NCBI GenBank assembly: GCA_028826165.1
Contig: JAPDFW010000034.1
Span: forward strand, 1-61,133
DNA length: 61,133 nucleotides
Origin: Anaeramoeba ignava BMAN
Lineage: Eukaryota; Protista; Anaeramoebae
Direction of reading: 5' to 3'
Part shown: piece after piece, positions 36,399 through 51,919 of the stretch
Position numbering within the stretch: the stretch's first letter is position 1
Layout of the letters: each line of letters starts with the position of its first letter
Position numbers and translations under genes: made by a program
The notes under the pieces: model-generated
Database searches by the model: none
Told to the model about the DNA's origin: nothing
Seen by the model: only the letters and a program-made list of their open reading frames with translations

Positions 36399-38471
36399 CT
36401 ATTTTTGATTAATCAATTTATCAATTCTCATTAATTCTCCAACAACAATCAAAATCATTTTGGATTTCACTTCAACAATATCTTCAGGTAAAGCGAAAAT
36501 GGAGGCGCCAATCTTTCTGCAAAGCGAAATGGCATAAAGAGCATTATTCATACATTCTTCATCAGAATTTCCGCTTTGAATAAAATTATAATTGATTGCT
36601 TTTGGAGAAATTGAATAAACTAAATCAATCAAAAAAATTCCGTTTTGAAGCGAGCGATCTTTGAAGTTGGGAATGGAGGATTGCTTCCCAGCCGATTCAA
36701 TCTTAGTATTTGCCCAAGTGACGATATCCTTGTCAGTTATTCTTCCAGATTGAATAACATTGAGTTTTGTGAGGATTGTTTTGATATGATATTCCATTGC
36801 TTGCCAAACAAACCCGAGAATCAAAGTTTTGTTTCCTTCTTGGATATTTTCACCCGAGATGTTGATTAAATGCAAATGGAGTGATTTCCCCAATTCAATA
36901 ACATAATTGCAATTCTCCAATTTTTTGAAAACATCATTTGGAACCAAGTTGACTTTTTTCCAGTTGACGAGATTAGGCTCAATTTTATCAATCACCTTCA
37001 AAATCACCAAACCGTCGCGTAAATCCTTGGAAAGATCATAAACCTTCGGCTGGATTCCCATGCTGTTGATCCATATTCTCAGCGCCCGTTCTTCTCTTGT
37101 TCCTGCTCGATCGTGATCGTCAAACACGATTTTTTGTGCTTGTTCTTTCGAGATTGAAATTCCAGAACGAGTGTGGAACAAAAGCGCAAGAAAAGCTGCG
37201 TTTAATTGGTCGTATTTTCCCGACATTATTGTTTGCGCTGAGATGAATTGTTTGCAATCCAAATTTGACGCGAATTTTTCAATCATTTTCGCTTGAATAT
37301 CGGGATCTGTTTCCTTTGCAAATTCCGCAAGAGGACACAATTGAGGGCTTAATTGGTTCATCAACGTTGCAAACACGATTGGTTGCTGGAGATCCTCGGA
37401 AAAATTCTGGATAATCCTTTTCTCGCCAGCCCTGTGAATGTGGTAGTTAATCCATTTCAAAAGAATATTTTCTGGCGGAATTTTATTGATTTCATCGATT
37501 AATTCTTGTGATAATCCCTTCTTGTTGTTTTCGTCAAATAAAACCACAATTTCTGGGTGTTTGATGATTTTCAAATTCGAAAATAACCCAAGTTTGATAA
37601 TCTCCCAAGTTAGTTGCAATATCGAAGATTCATCTCCATTCAGCAATGATTGCGGTTCAATTTCCGAAACATTGCATCCAATCCATTTTGCCGAATTAAG
37701 GCATAAGTTGTGATTTTCAAGTGAGGATTCCTCGTTGATTTCATAGTTGATTGCTCTGTTGTCAATTGTTAAAGGAAAACTATCGTTGATTAACTTGCAA
37801 AGCAAAACTCCATTCCTCGCTGCTTCTAAAAGATCCGCGGATTTTGTTCCGATTGGCAGAATATTGATTAAATCCCGATCGTATTTTAATCTCAAATTTA
37901 TATATCCAACCAATTCCTTCTCAAGTAAATCAACACTTCTTTTTGATTCAATTTTCCCCTTCAAATTTTCAATAGTCTCTTTTAACTTCGCATTCTCTTC
38001 TTCAATTTCTTCCCCTTTTTCTTTGTCTGTTGCAATTATTTCTGTTGAAAATTCAAGTTTTTCTTTTAATATCTTGTTTTCTTCTTCAAGATTCTGTATT
38101 TTTTGGTTCAAATCCTCAATTTTCTTCGCATATTCCTTGTTCAGAGAAGACATTGTTTCCTGAAAATCTAATTTTTCTTTTTCATTTTCTAAATTCAAAA
38201 AAAAAAAAGATGAGCACAAATTAATATTTTGATGTTTCCATTGTTTGAAATTTTTTGGATCAAGAGTACTTTTTTCATCTTCGAGTTGTGATATTTTTTT
38301 GATCAACTCTTCTTCTCTTCTTTTCCCGTTTTCAATTTGCTTTTTTAAAGATTCGTAATTGATTTTGTTTAAATTATCGACAACCTTTTCTTCCTTCATA
38401 CAAAATTTACGGGAAAAAAGTTGATAATTTATATTTTTTGGAACTAATTCATTTGTTTTTTGTTGATTTTT
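36399..38471 (-). CDS. Fimbrin/plastin-like actin-bundling protein (four CH domains) with an N-terminal coiled coil in place of EF-hands
   Basis: RNGVLLCKLIN...ENHNLCLNSAKWIGC...PENILLKWINYH...GTREERALRIWINSMG...DLRDGLVIL...KLENCNYV...NNALYAISLCRKIGASIFALPEDIVEVKSKMI; probable 81-nt in-frame intron 38189-38269; frame stays open to an acceptor at 38472. Confidence 0.92.
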   Translation of the reverse strand, partial: KNQQKTNELVPKNINYQLFSRKFCMKEEKVVDNLNKINYESLKKQIENGKRREEELIKKISQLEDEKSTLDPKNFKQWKHQNINLCSSFFFLNLENEKEKLDFQETMSSLNKEYAKKIEDLNQKIQNLEEENKILKEKLEFSTEIIATDKEKGEEIEEENAKLKETIENLKGKIESKRSVDLLEKELVGYINLRLKYDRDLINILPIGTKSADLLEAARNGVLLCKLINDSFPLTIDNRAINYEINEESSLENHNLCLNSAKWIGCNVSEIEPQSLLNGDESSILQLTWEIIKLGLFSNLKIIKHPEIVVLFDENNKKGLSQELIDEINKIPPENILLKWINYHIHRAGEKRIIQNFSEDLQQPIVFATLMNQLSPQLCPLAEFAKETDPDIQAKMIEKFASNLDCKQFISAQTIMSGKYDQLNAAFLALLFHTRSGISISKEQAQKIVFDDHDRAGTREERALRIWINSMGIQPKVYDLSKDLRDGLVILKVIDKIEPNLVNWKKVNLVPNDVFKKLENCNYVIELGKSLHLHLINISGENIQEGNKTLILGFVWQAMEYHIKTILTKLNVIQSGRITDKDIVTWANTKIESAGKQSSIPNFKDRSLQNGIFLIDLVYSISPKAINYNFIQSGNSDEECMNNALYAISLCRKIGASIFALPEDIVEVKSKMILIVVGELMRIDKLINQK

Positions 38472-38562
38472 CTAAGTTGTTAAAAAATGATATAAAATCA
38501 AACGATTAAATTTTGAGAATATATTTAGAAAATATTTAAAAAATATTTAAATTGAAATCAAC

Positions 38563-38859
38563 TTTTTCAAGTGGGCAATCTATCAAGGAATATAAAAAAC
38601 TACTAAATCCAAATCCAATTCCTTGAAGAGCTGCTTCTTTAGTTGTGGATTTAATTACTGACAATAATCTTTGTTTTGGTGATTGCTGTTGATGATCAGC
38701 AAAAGTTAAAATCAAACCAAAAATTCCTCCACAAAAAGTGCCTAATTTAAAACCAGAAATACCATTTTCTAATGCTTTCAAAAAACAATTTTCTTCATCT
38801 TCTATTTGGGATTTTTTTTTTGAATTTTTTCCTAATAGAAAAGGGTTTAAATTTTGCAT
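38563..38859 (-). CDS. Tim17/Tim22/Tim23-family N-terminal half (TM1-TM2); probably exon 1 of the fimbrin transcript
   Basis: ENCFLKALENGISGFKLGTFCGGIFG...KEAALQGIGFGFSSFLYSLIDCPLEK shows the glycine-rich TMs and the two Cys typical of Tim22; TM3-4 are absent; phase-0 intron 38472-38562. Confidence 0.65.
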
Positions 38860-38978
38860 TAAAATTTTAAAATTCAAAAAAAGAAAAAATGAAAAATGAA
38901 AAATGAAAAATTTTTTTTAATCAAATTTCTTTTTTTGAATTGAATTTGATTTGATTTGATTTTTTTTTTTGAAGTTTT

Positions 38979-41900
38979 TTAGATGAAATAAGTCTCGAGT
39001 TCTTCAACTTTCCATGAATTATTAGAACCAGCTAAATATCTTTTGGACTGAATTGTTTGGTTAGTCATTCCTTTTGGGTGATTATAACTAACACCGAAAT
39101 TTGTTGATTCAGGTTGTAAATCCGATTTCAAACATAAATCAAATCCGGATCCAAAACAAGGACCAAAATTCTCATCACTATAATAAATGGCATTTTTTTG
39201 ATGTTCTTTTCTGATTGGAAATAATTGTGGTTTTCGATCATTTATATCGTTTTTTAAAGAAAAAAGAAATGCTTTTGAATCTTCTGTAAATTTCAAACAG
39301 CTAGATTTCTGCCATCCAACTGAAGTAAAACCTCCAAAAATGAAATCCTCTGTTGTTTTGATAATAACTAATGTTTTTCCTTTCCCATCAACCGCTTTGT
39401 GCCAATTTTGAGAAGAAAACCCATCTTTTATTGCTGAATATCCTTTTTTCATTTTCATAAAAAACTCATCATCATTGATCCATTTTTTTAATTTTTTGGT
39501 GTACTTCGTTTTATTCATGATAATCAAGGATTGATCGAACACTTCATTCCATTCCCTGGCTTTTTTTTCTGTTGATTTCAACTCCAAAAGTGTTAGTAAT
39601 TTCTGAATTGCTTTATTTTTTTGATTGATTTCTTTTTCCGTTTTTCGGAGTTCTTGTTCTCTTTTGACAATATATTCTGAATATGACATTGCTTGCTTCT
39701 GCTCGATAATTTTCTGTTGATAAATTTTCTTTAATTCTTGGATATCTTCACTTTTTTCCAGATCCATTATACTTTGAGATAAAGCCCCGTTTCGCACGAT
39801 TTTATTGATCAAGTTATGATTTCGATCTTTCATTTGAGAAATTTTACTCATTTTTTGGATGATTAATTGGTCTTCCTTATTCATGTTTTTTTGATCTTTC
39901 TCTTTCTCTTTCTCTTGGTTGCTAGTTTGCACATTTTCACCCTCATTTTGGTGAACCACATCTTCAAAGGCATTAATCAAATCTGGATCAACTTCAAAAG
40001 CTCTTTGGAAGGATTGAATTGCTCGGTCATCATTTTTCTTTGCATAAGCAATCCCTTGTTTTAAGCACCAAATTGCACTATTTTTTGGGTTGTGCAGAGC
40101 TTCATCAACTAAAATGAGCAAGGCATAAACTTCTGGTGTTTGTATTGATTTGTGATTTTGGTTTTGAAGATTCACTAAAATATCTTTTGCTTTTTTTGGA
40201 TCGCTTCGTGAATAAATTTCTGCAAGGGTAGTATCTGTTTCTAAAATTTTCGCAACAAAGTTTCTGGATTTGTACACTTTTTTCAAAAAGGATAAAATTT
40301 TTTCTTTCATTTGATCTTCTTCTGTATTTCCCAGTGATTTACATAAAATATCTTCTCCTTTTTCATAATCTTTCAACTCACACAAAATTTTCCCTTTCAA
40401 ATATTGTTTTTTGGCAAGTTCTTCTTTATCCTTCAATTGATTTTGCAAAAGATAAATGGCTTCATCAATCACAGAAAAAAACAACTCTTTATTCATGCTT
40501 TCCATTTTTTGGGGTTTTAACGAAAGAGCAAATTTCAGAATTAAGTAAGCAGAATCAGGATCACTTTCTTTAATTTCATGATAAAACTTGAGGCAGGCTT
40601 CAATTTTTGTTTTTTTCCACTCATTGATTGCATCCTTCAACCCCAAATTGTCAACCACATCTTTTCTAGTAAAGCGTATTCCTATCCCATAAATTTGAGG
40701 ATTTTTAGGGTTGAACTTGAGAATTCGTTCGATATCTTTCCTTTCATATGAGTTTTCTTTTATTGAGACAGGATCATGGAGTATTCCTTGGTCAGTTAAC
40801 CGGTTTTTCAAATGATCAGGAATCTGGAATAATTTCTCCATATGCCTCTTTTTTTTTTCTTTCTCATAACTCCTTTTCACAATTCCTATTGAATTTGTCA
40901 AAGTTTCTCCAAATTCTTGATTGAATAAACTTAGGATTGCTCCTAAAAATTGGAGAACAAAATTCCCTTCTTTTTTACAATAATTTCGGAATTCTTGGAA
41001 ATCAATATCCTTTTTCTCTTTTTTGGAAAATTCGAACAACTGCTCAATATCTGATTTGAGATCCAGTTTTTCTTCCAAATTCTTGATTTGATCATAAAAT
41101 TTCTGTTTTTCTTCTTCATTCATTTTAGAAATCAAATTATGAATAGATCCATGACTTTTTTTGATTTCTAAACAGATTAACAAGAGTTTCAGATTTCCAA
41201 AAACTTGCTCTAACTCATATTGATCTAATCTCTTGTCATGATTCCTAAACAAAATGTGAAAAGGATTTTCCAAACGTTAAAAAAAAATCAATTAAACATA
41301 TATTCTTTCTTTTACTTACAAATCCCAAGCTTGAAAAAGACTTGACAGTTGTTCCTCTTGATTTGACTTCAGAAATTCAAAAGATTTCCTTAATATTTCG
41401 ACAATTCCTCCACTGATATTTTGGTCTCTAATGAAATTTTCAAGAAAAAAAAAAGAGGAAATGAGAAGAATAATTCGACAAAAATGAAATTTTTTTGATA
41501 AATTTTACATTTTCAAAATATCACAAAAAATTTTCGCACTTCTTGGTTCTAATCCAAATAATGTTTCAACAAATTCCAAATTTTTGGCATGCTCTAAAGG
41601 ATTTGAATTTTCATTTTGTGGAATCTTTTCTTTATTCAATGAGATTTCTTTAACTTCAACGGAAATTTTTTTAAGTAGTTCTTGAATGTTATCTTGGTTG
41701 TGTATTTGATCATTCCGCATTTTTTCAAATTCGACATTCAATTTATCCAGCTTTTCTTGAGCCATTCCCATTAGTTCTAAATTCAAATCTCCAACATAAC
41801 TACTAAGTTGGTTATCAAATTTTTCGAATTCTTTTTTTGTTGAACTAAAAAACTTCGAAAATGCATTTTTTTTTTCGTAATTCTCAACAACTGACTTAAT

Positions 41901-42184
41901 TTTTTCCACTGTTTTAAGAACATTTCTTAAAGTTGCAATGTGGGATTTCTCGTCATTAAATTGTTTGATTTCTTTTTTTTTTTTTTGGAAGAATTTTTAA
42001 TTGAATTTGCTTTTTTCTTTAAAAAAAATTTTTTTTTGGATTTTTTACTTTCTAAAGGTTTTTCAAGTGCTTCTATTCTTTCAATTAATCTTTTCGCTTC
42101 TACTTTCGTTTCTTTATATTCATCGAATTTATTTTTAATCCAACAACCAATTTCAAATATTTTTTCAATAATTTCAAGAGCCAT
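38979..42184 (-). CDS. MLKL-like/HeLo four-helix bundle + EF-hand pair + U-box + TPR repeats + coiled coil + TLDc protein; 4 exons
   Basis: Introns 41972-42048, 41428-41508 and 41245-41319 join the ORFs in frame; EF loop FQAWDLNHDKRLDQYEL; U-box IPDHL...ILHDPVSIKENSYERKDIERIL...NLGLKDAINEW; TPR AIWCLKQGIAYAK...AIQSFQRAFEVDPD; TLDc SAIKDGFSSQNWHKAVDGKGKTL...FIFGGFT...GPCFG...ELETYFI. Confidence 0.8.
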
Positions 42185-42670
42185 AAAATTTGCTAAAAGA
42201 AAAATGAAAAAAAAAAAGAATTTGAATAAAAAATAAGAAAAGAATCAACTCTTTTTTTTTGGAAATTAAAAATTAATTACAAAAATAAAAAAGCAAAAAA
42301 TTGTTTTTTTTTCTTTTGTTTTTTCAGTTAAATGATCAAATTTTTATTTTCCAAAACTTCAAAAAAATCCTTTCCTTTCAACAAAACTAACATTTTCCTT
42401 TAATTCATCTTCTGGATCAAAGAATCAAATTTTTGCTTTTTTTTTATTTAAAAAAAGAAGAAAAATGGAAAAAAAAAAAAATTTCTTTTGAAATAAATTT
42501 CTCCATTAAAAAAATCAATATTTAATTCATAAAAACTCAAATTTGAATATAAATAGCTTTTTATAAAATAATTTTTAATTTAATTTAATTAACGAAAACA
42601 AAATTTCAATAAAAATTTATTATTAAAAAATTTTTTCATTTTTTTCTTTTTTCCTTTTTAAAACTATAAA

Positions 42671-44348
42671 ATGCAAAACGAAATCAAAAATCAATTTCCT
42701 TCAGGAAATAATTTTAAAGCAAAAAGAAAAATTGGAAAAGGTTCTTATGGAACAGTTTATTTAGGAAAAACTTTAAAAACAAAAGAAATTTGTGCAATTA
42801 AAAAAATTGATATCCAAAAAAATTTCAATCAAAAACAAATTATCAGAGAAATTCAAATTATGAAAAAAGTTAAACATGAAAATTGTGTTAATTTATTTTT
42901 TATTGAACCAGAAAATTATCAAAAAGTAATTCAATAAAAAAAAATATCAAAAATTTCCAAATTATAATTTAAAATTTAAAATTTAAAAAGTCTGATTTAA
43001 TTTATGTTGTTATGCAATATTGTAATATGAATGATTTAAATCATTATATCCAATCAAAAAACAAAAGAATTTCTATTGAAGAAATGAAAGAAATATTTAG
43101 GCAAATTCGTATAATTTTCTTTTTTATAATTTAAAATTTAAATTAAAATATAAATTAAAATTTAAATTAGTTCAAGGATTGAAATATTTATACCAAAAAC
43201 AAATTGTTCATCGTGATTTAAAACCTGAAAATATTCTTCTTCAAAAAAATGAAGATTCAAAATTTGGATATTCAATTAAATTAGCTGATTTTGGATTTGC
43301 AAGAAAAATTCCAAAAGATGATTTAGGAAAACTTCAGAAAATGCAATCCTTTGCTGGAAGCCCTTTATATATTGCTCCAGAAGTTTGGATTATTATTTTA
43401 AAAAACTAAAATATTTATTTAAATGCAAATTATTTCAAAAAATAGATTTTATTTGGTGAATCTTATACTTCAAAAGTTGATTTATGGAGTTTAGGTGCAA
43501 TTTTATATGAAATTATTACAGGAAGTATACCTTTTCAAGCAGAAAATATAAACGATTTAAAACTTATTTATAAAAATACGACAAAAAAATCACTTCCAAA
43601 AAAAGTTTTAGTAAATAAATTGAAAATATATTATTTCAAATTAATTAATTAATTAATTAATTGATTTATTTATTTAATCCAAAAAAAAAGAATGTTGTTC
43701 CAAAAGAATGTAATGATTTAGTTGAAAAATTATTAACTGTTGATCCTGAATTAAGGATTTCAAGACAAGATTTACATAATCATCCTTTTATTTTTGAAAA
43801 ATTAGTAAACTATTTAAATTCCAAAAAAATTATTCAACAAATTTAAAAAAAAAATTCATTTTAATAAATAGAAAGAATCAGTGGAAAAATCACAAAGTTT
43901 ATTAGATTTAGAAAAGGGAATAATTGGAATTACAAAAGAAGATTTTGAAAGCAAAAGAAAATGATAAACTTTCATTTAAAAAGGAGAAGTAATTGAAATT
44001 ATTAAAATTAAAAAAGATAAAGAAATTTGTGAAGGAATATTGAAAGAAGAAAAAGGAATTATTGAATTAAAATCAATTGATTTATATCAGAAAATTGAAA
44101 ATATTTTTTCAATAATTGAATCAAATAATAAAATTAAAAAATTTCAAAAAAGAATTATTGGAATTACTAAATATAGATATCAAGCAAATCAATTTTCATT
44201 ACCAAAAGGAGAATTAGTTGAAATTACACTTATAAATGGAGAGAGTAGTTCTTGTGAAATTCAATTTGAAAATCAAAAAGATGAAATTCCTCTTTCATTT
44301 TTGGATTTTTATGAACAAATTGGAGGAAATAATGGAAATCAAAAATAA
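42671..44348 (+). CDS. Atg1/ULK-like Ser/Thr kinase + SH3-like domains, copy 1 (lacks third SH3)
   Basis: [43 protein letters not shown]; introns 42926-42990, 43109-43170, 43383-43445, 43611-43690 and 43805-43871; compensating homopolymer indels near 43955-43985. Confidence 0.85.
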
Positions 44349-44643
44349 ATTAGAAAAAAGAAAAGAGATCATTTTTTGAATCAAATTTTTGCTTTTTTTT
44401 TATTTAAAAAAAGAAGAAAAATGGAAAAAAAAAATTATTTCTTTTGAAATAAATTTCTCCATTAAAAAAATCAATATTTAATTCATAAAAACTCAAATTT
44501 GAATATAAATAGCTTTTTATAAAATAATTTTTAATTTAATTTAATTAACGAAAACAAAATTTCAATAAAAATTTTATTATTAAAAAATTTTTTCATTTTT
44601 TTCTTTTTTTCATTTTTCCTTTTTAAAATTTTAAAATTATAAA

Positions 44644-47644
<3,001 letters not shown>

Positions 47645-48124
47645 AAATCAAAATTAAAAATTAAAATTCAAATCAAATTCAAATCAAATTTAAAATTAAA
47701 ATCAAAATTCAAATTCAAAATCAAATTCAAATTTAAAATCAAAATCTAAATTAAATTTAAAATCAAAATAAAAATCAAAATTAAAATTAAAATCAAAATT
47801 AAAATCAAAATCAAAATCAAAATCAAAATTAAATTCAAAATCAAAATCAAAATCAAAATCAAAATCAAAATTCAAATCAAAATCTAAATTAAATTTAAAA
47901 TTAAAATCAAAATCAAAATTAAAATTAAATTTAAAATCAAAATCAAAATTAAAATTAAAATTAAAATTAAAATTAAAATTAAAATCAAATTCAAATCTAA
48001 ATTTAAAAGAAAAGAGATCATTTTTTCCACTTTTTTTTAACCAATTTTTTTTTGCTTTTTTTTTTTCATTTTTTTTTTCTTAATTTTCTTTTTTTCTAAA
48101 TAAAAAAATAACGTAAAAAAAAAA

Positions 48125-50360
48125 ATGGAAAAAAAAAAAAGTAAATCAAAACAGAAAATATTATTTACTGGAAGAAAATTCCAAGCAAAAATCAAAATTG
48201 GAGAAGGTTCTTATGGGAAAGTTTATTCAGGAAAAATTTTAAAAACAGAAGAAAATTGTGCAATTAAAAGAATTAGTTTCAAAGAAAAACCAAAAAGAAG
48301 AGAAAAAGTAAATCGAGCAATTCAAATTATGAAATTAATTAATCATGAAAATTGTATTGATTTATTTTTTGTTGAACCAAAACATTACCGAAAAGTAATT
48401 CAATATTTAATTTATAATTTAATTTATAATTTAATTTATAATTTAATTTAAATATTTAAAAAGGCTGAACCAATTTATGTTGTTATGGAATTTTGTGATA
48501 TGGGTGAACTAAAGGAATATATCGAATCAAAACAAGAAAGAATTTCTATTGAAGAAATAAAAGAAATATTTGGACAAATTGGTATTTTTTTTTAATTTAA
48601 AATCAAAAATCAAAATTAAAATTAAAATCAAAATCAAAAAATCAAAATCAAAATCAAAATCAAAATCAAAATTAAAATCAAAATCAAAATCAAAATCAAA
48701 ATCAAAATCAATTAAAATTAAAATCAAAATCAAAATCAAAATCAAAATCAAAAATCAAAATTAAAATCAAAATCAAAATCAAAATCAAAATCAAAAATCA
48801 AAAATCAAAAATCAAAAATCAAAATCAAAATCAAAATCAAAATCAAAATCAAAATTAAAATCAAAATCAAAATCAAAATTTAATTAGTTCAAGGATTGAA
48901 ATATTTATATGAAAAAGGAATTGTTCATCGTGATTTAAAACCTCAAAATATCCTTCTTCAAAAAAATGATGATTCAAAATTTGGATATACAATTAAATTA
49001 GCTGATTTTGATTTTGCAAGAAAAATTCCAAAAGATGATTTAGGAAAATCATTAAATATGGAATCATTTGTTGGAAGTCCTGCTTATATGGCTCCAGAAG
49101 TCTGAAATTTTAATATAAAAATAATTCAAATTAAAATTAAAATCAAAATTATTTCAAAAAATAGATTTTATTTCATGATAAATATACTTCAAAATCTGAT
49201 TTATGGAGTTTAGGTGCAATTTTATATGAATTATTTACAGGAAGTATACCTTTTCAAGCATTTGATATAAATGATTTAAAAAGACAATATCGACAAATTA
49301 CAAAAAAATCACTTCCAAAAGATATTTTAGTAAATAAATTGAAAATATTTTATTCTATTCCAAAATAAATAAATTAATCGATTTATTTATTTAATCCAAA
49401 AAAAAGAATGTTGTTCCAAAAGAATGTAGTGATTTAGTTGAGGGATTATTAACTGTTGATCCAAATTTAAGAATTTCAAGAGAAAAGTTACATAATCATC
49501 CTTTTGTTTTTGAAAAATTAGTAAACTATTTAAATTCCAAAAAAATTATTCAACAAATTTAAAAAAAAATTCATTTTAATAAATAGAAAGAATCAATGGA
49601 AAAATCAAAAGAAATACAAAGTTTAGAAAATGCAATGATTGGAATTACAAAAGAAGATTTTGAAAGCAAAGAAAATGATAAACTTTCATTTAAAAAAGGA
49701 GATATAATTGAAATTATTAAAATTAAAAAAGATAAAGAAATTTGTGAAGGAATATTAAAAGAGAAAAAAGCAATTATTGAATTAAAATTAATTGATTTAT
49801 TTCAGAAAATTGAGGATATTTTTTCAATAATTGAATCAAATAATAAAATTAAAAAATTTCAAAAAAGAATTATTGGAATTGCTAAATATGATTATAAAGC
49901 AAATGAATTTTCATTATCAGAAGGAGAAGTAATTGAAATTAATAATATAAATAAAGGAAATGATTCTTGTGAAATTCAATTTGAAAATCAAAAAGATGAA
50001 ATTCCTTTTTTCTTTTTGGATTTTTATGAAAAAATTGAACAAATTGAAGAAAATAATGAAAATCAAAACGAAATTCAAATTCAAAATCTAAATCTAAATC
50101 AAAACGAAAATCAAAACGAAAATCAAAATGAAAAAGAAAAAGAAAAAGAAAAAGAAAAAGAAAAAGAAAAAGAAAAAGAAACAAATAAGCATCACCATAA
50201 ACACAAACATCATCATCACCATAAGCACAAACATCATCATCACAACCACACAAAAAATTCAAAATCAAATTCAAAATCAAAATCAAAATTAAAATCAAAA
50301 TCAAAATCAAAATCAAAATCAAATTCTAAAAATCAAATTCAAAATCAAAATCAAAATTAA
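48125..50360 (+). CDS. Kinase + SH3 copy 3 (DFD instead of DFG; third SH3 absent)
   Basis: GEGSYG, HRDLKPQNILL, LADFDFAR, GSPAYMAPE; the ORF runs out into an (AAAATC)n array. Confidence 0.8.
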
Positions 50361-51650
50361 AATCAAAATCAAAATCAAAATCAAAATCAAATTCTAAATC
50401 AAATCAAAATCAAAATTAAAATCAAAATTAAAATTAAAATTAAAATTAAAATTAAAATCAAAATCAAAATCAAAATCAAAATCAAAATCAAAATCAAAAT
50501 CAAAATCAAATTAAATTTAAAATCAAAATCAAAATCAAAATCAAAATCAAAATCAAAATCAAAATCAAAATCAAAATCAAAATCAAAATCAAAATCAAAA
50601 TCAAAATCAAAATCAAAATCAAAATCAAAATCAAAATTAAAATCAAAATCAAAATTAAAATCAAAATCAAAATTAAAAATCAAATTCAAAATTAAAATCA
50701 AAATCAAAATCAAAATCAAATTCAAAATCAAAATCAAAATCAAAATAAAAATTAAAATCAAAATCAAAATTAAAATTAAAATTAATTCAAATTAAAATGA
50801 AATTCAAAATCAAAATCAAAATTAAAATCAAAATCAAAATCAAAATCAAAATCAAATTCTAAATCAAATCAAAATCAAAATTAAAATCAAAATTAAAATC
50901 AAATTCAAAATACAAAATCAAAATTAAAATCAAAATCAAAATCAAAATCAAAATCAAAATCAAAATCAAAATAAAAATTAAAATCAAAATCAAAATTAAA
51001 ATTAAAATTAATTCAAATTAAAATGAAATTCAAAATCTAAATCAAAATCAAAATCAAAATCAAATTCTAAATCAATTCAAAATCAATTCAAAATCAAAAT
51101 CAAAATCAAAATCAAAATCAAAATTAAAATCAAAATCAAAATTAAAATTAAAATCAAATTCAAAATCAAATTCAAAATACAAAATCAAATTCAAAATCAA
51201 ATTCAAAATACAATCAAAATTAAAATTAAAATCAAATTCAAAATTAAAACTCAAATCCAAATTAAAATCAAATTTAAAATCAAAATCAAAATCAAAATCA
51301 AAATCAAAATCAAAATCAAATTCAAATTCTAAATCAAATCAAAATTAAAATCAAAATTAAAATTAAAATCAAAATCAAAATTAAAATCAAAAATCAAAAT
51401 TAAAATCAAAAATTGAAATTAAAATTAAAATTAAAATTAAAATTAAAATTAAAATTAAAATTAAAATTAAAATTAAAATCAAAATTAAAATTAAAATTAA
51501 AAAAAATTAAAGTTCTTATTTAAAAAAAAACAAAATGGGAAAAAAAACAATAAGATCAAAATCAAAATCAAAATCAAAATGAAAAATTAAAATCAAAATC
51601 AAAATTAAAATCAAAATCAAAATTAAAATCAAAATTAAAATTAAATTATG
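50260..51650. repeat. (AAAATC/AAAATT)n hexamer array
   Basis: Visible tandem repeat. Confidence 0.88.
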
Positions 51651-51919
51651 TCCAATTTTTCTTTTTGAAAACAATAAGATCTAAAATCAAATTTTAATTC
51701 AATCAAAAATGAAAGATCATTTAAAAATAAAAAGGAAAAAAACAATCAAATAATTCAAAATCGAATTTTAATTCAATCAAAAACAAGATCTAATTCAAAT
51801 TCAATTGAATATTTCTTTTTTTTAAAAAAAAAAAATAAAAAGGAAAAAAAAATAAAAAATAAAAAAAATTAAAAAATTGAAATTCATTTTTTTTTTCGTT
51901 TCTTTTCTTAAAATTTAAA

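Noticed and set aside
36645-42236. Short plus-strand ORFs opposite the fimbrin and U-box genes
   Set aside because: Antisense shadows of real minus-strand genes with no recognisable motifs
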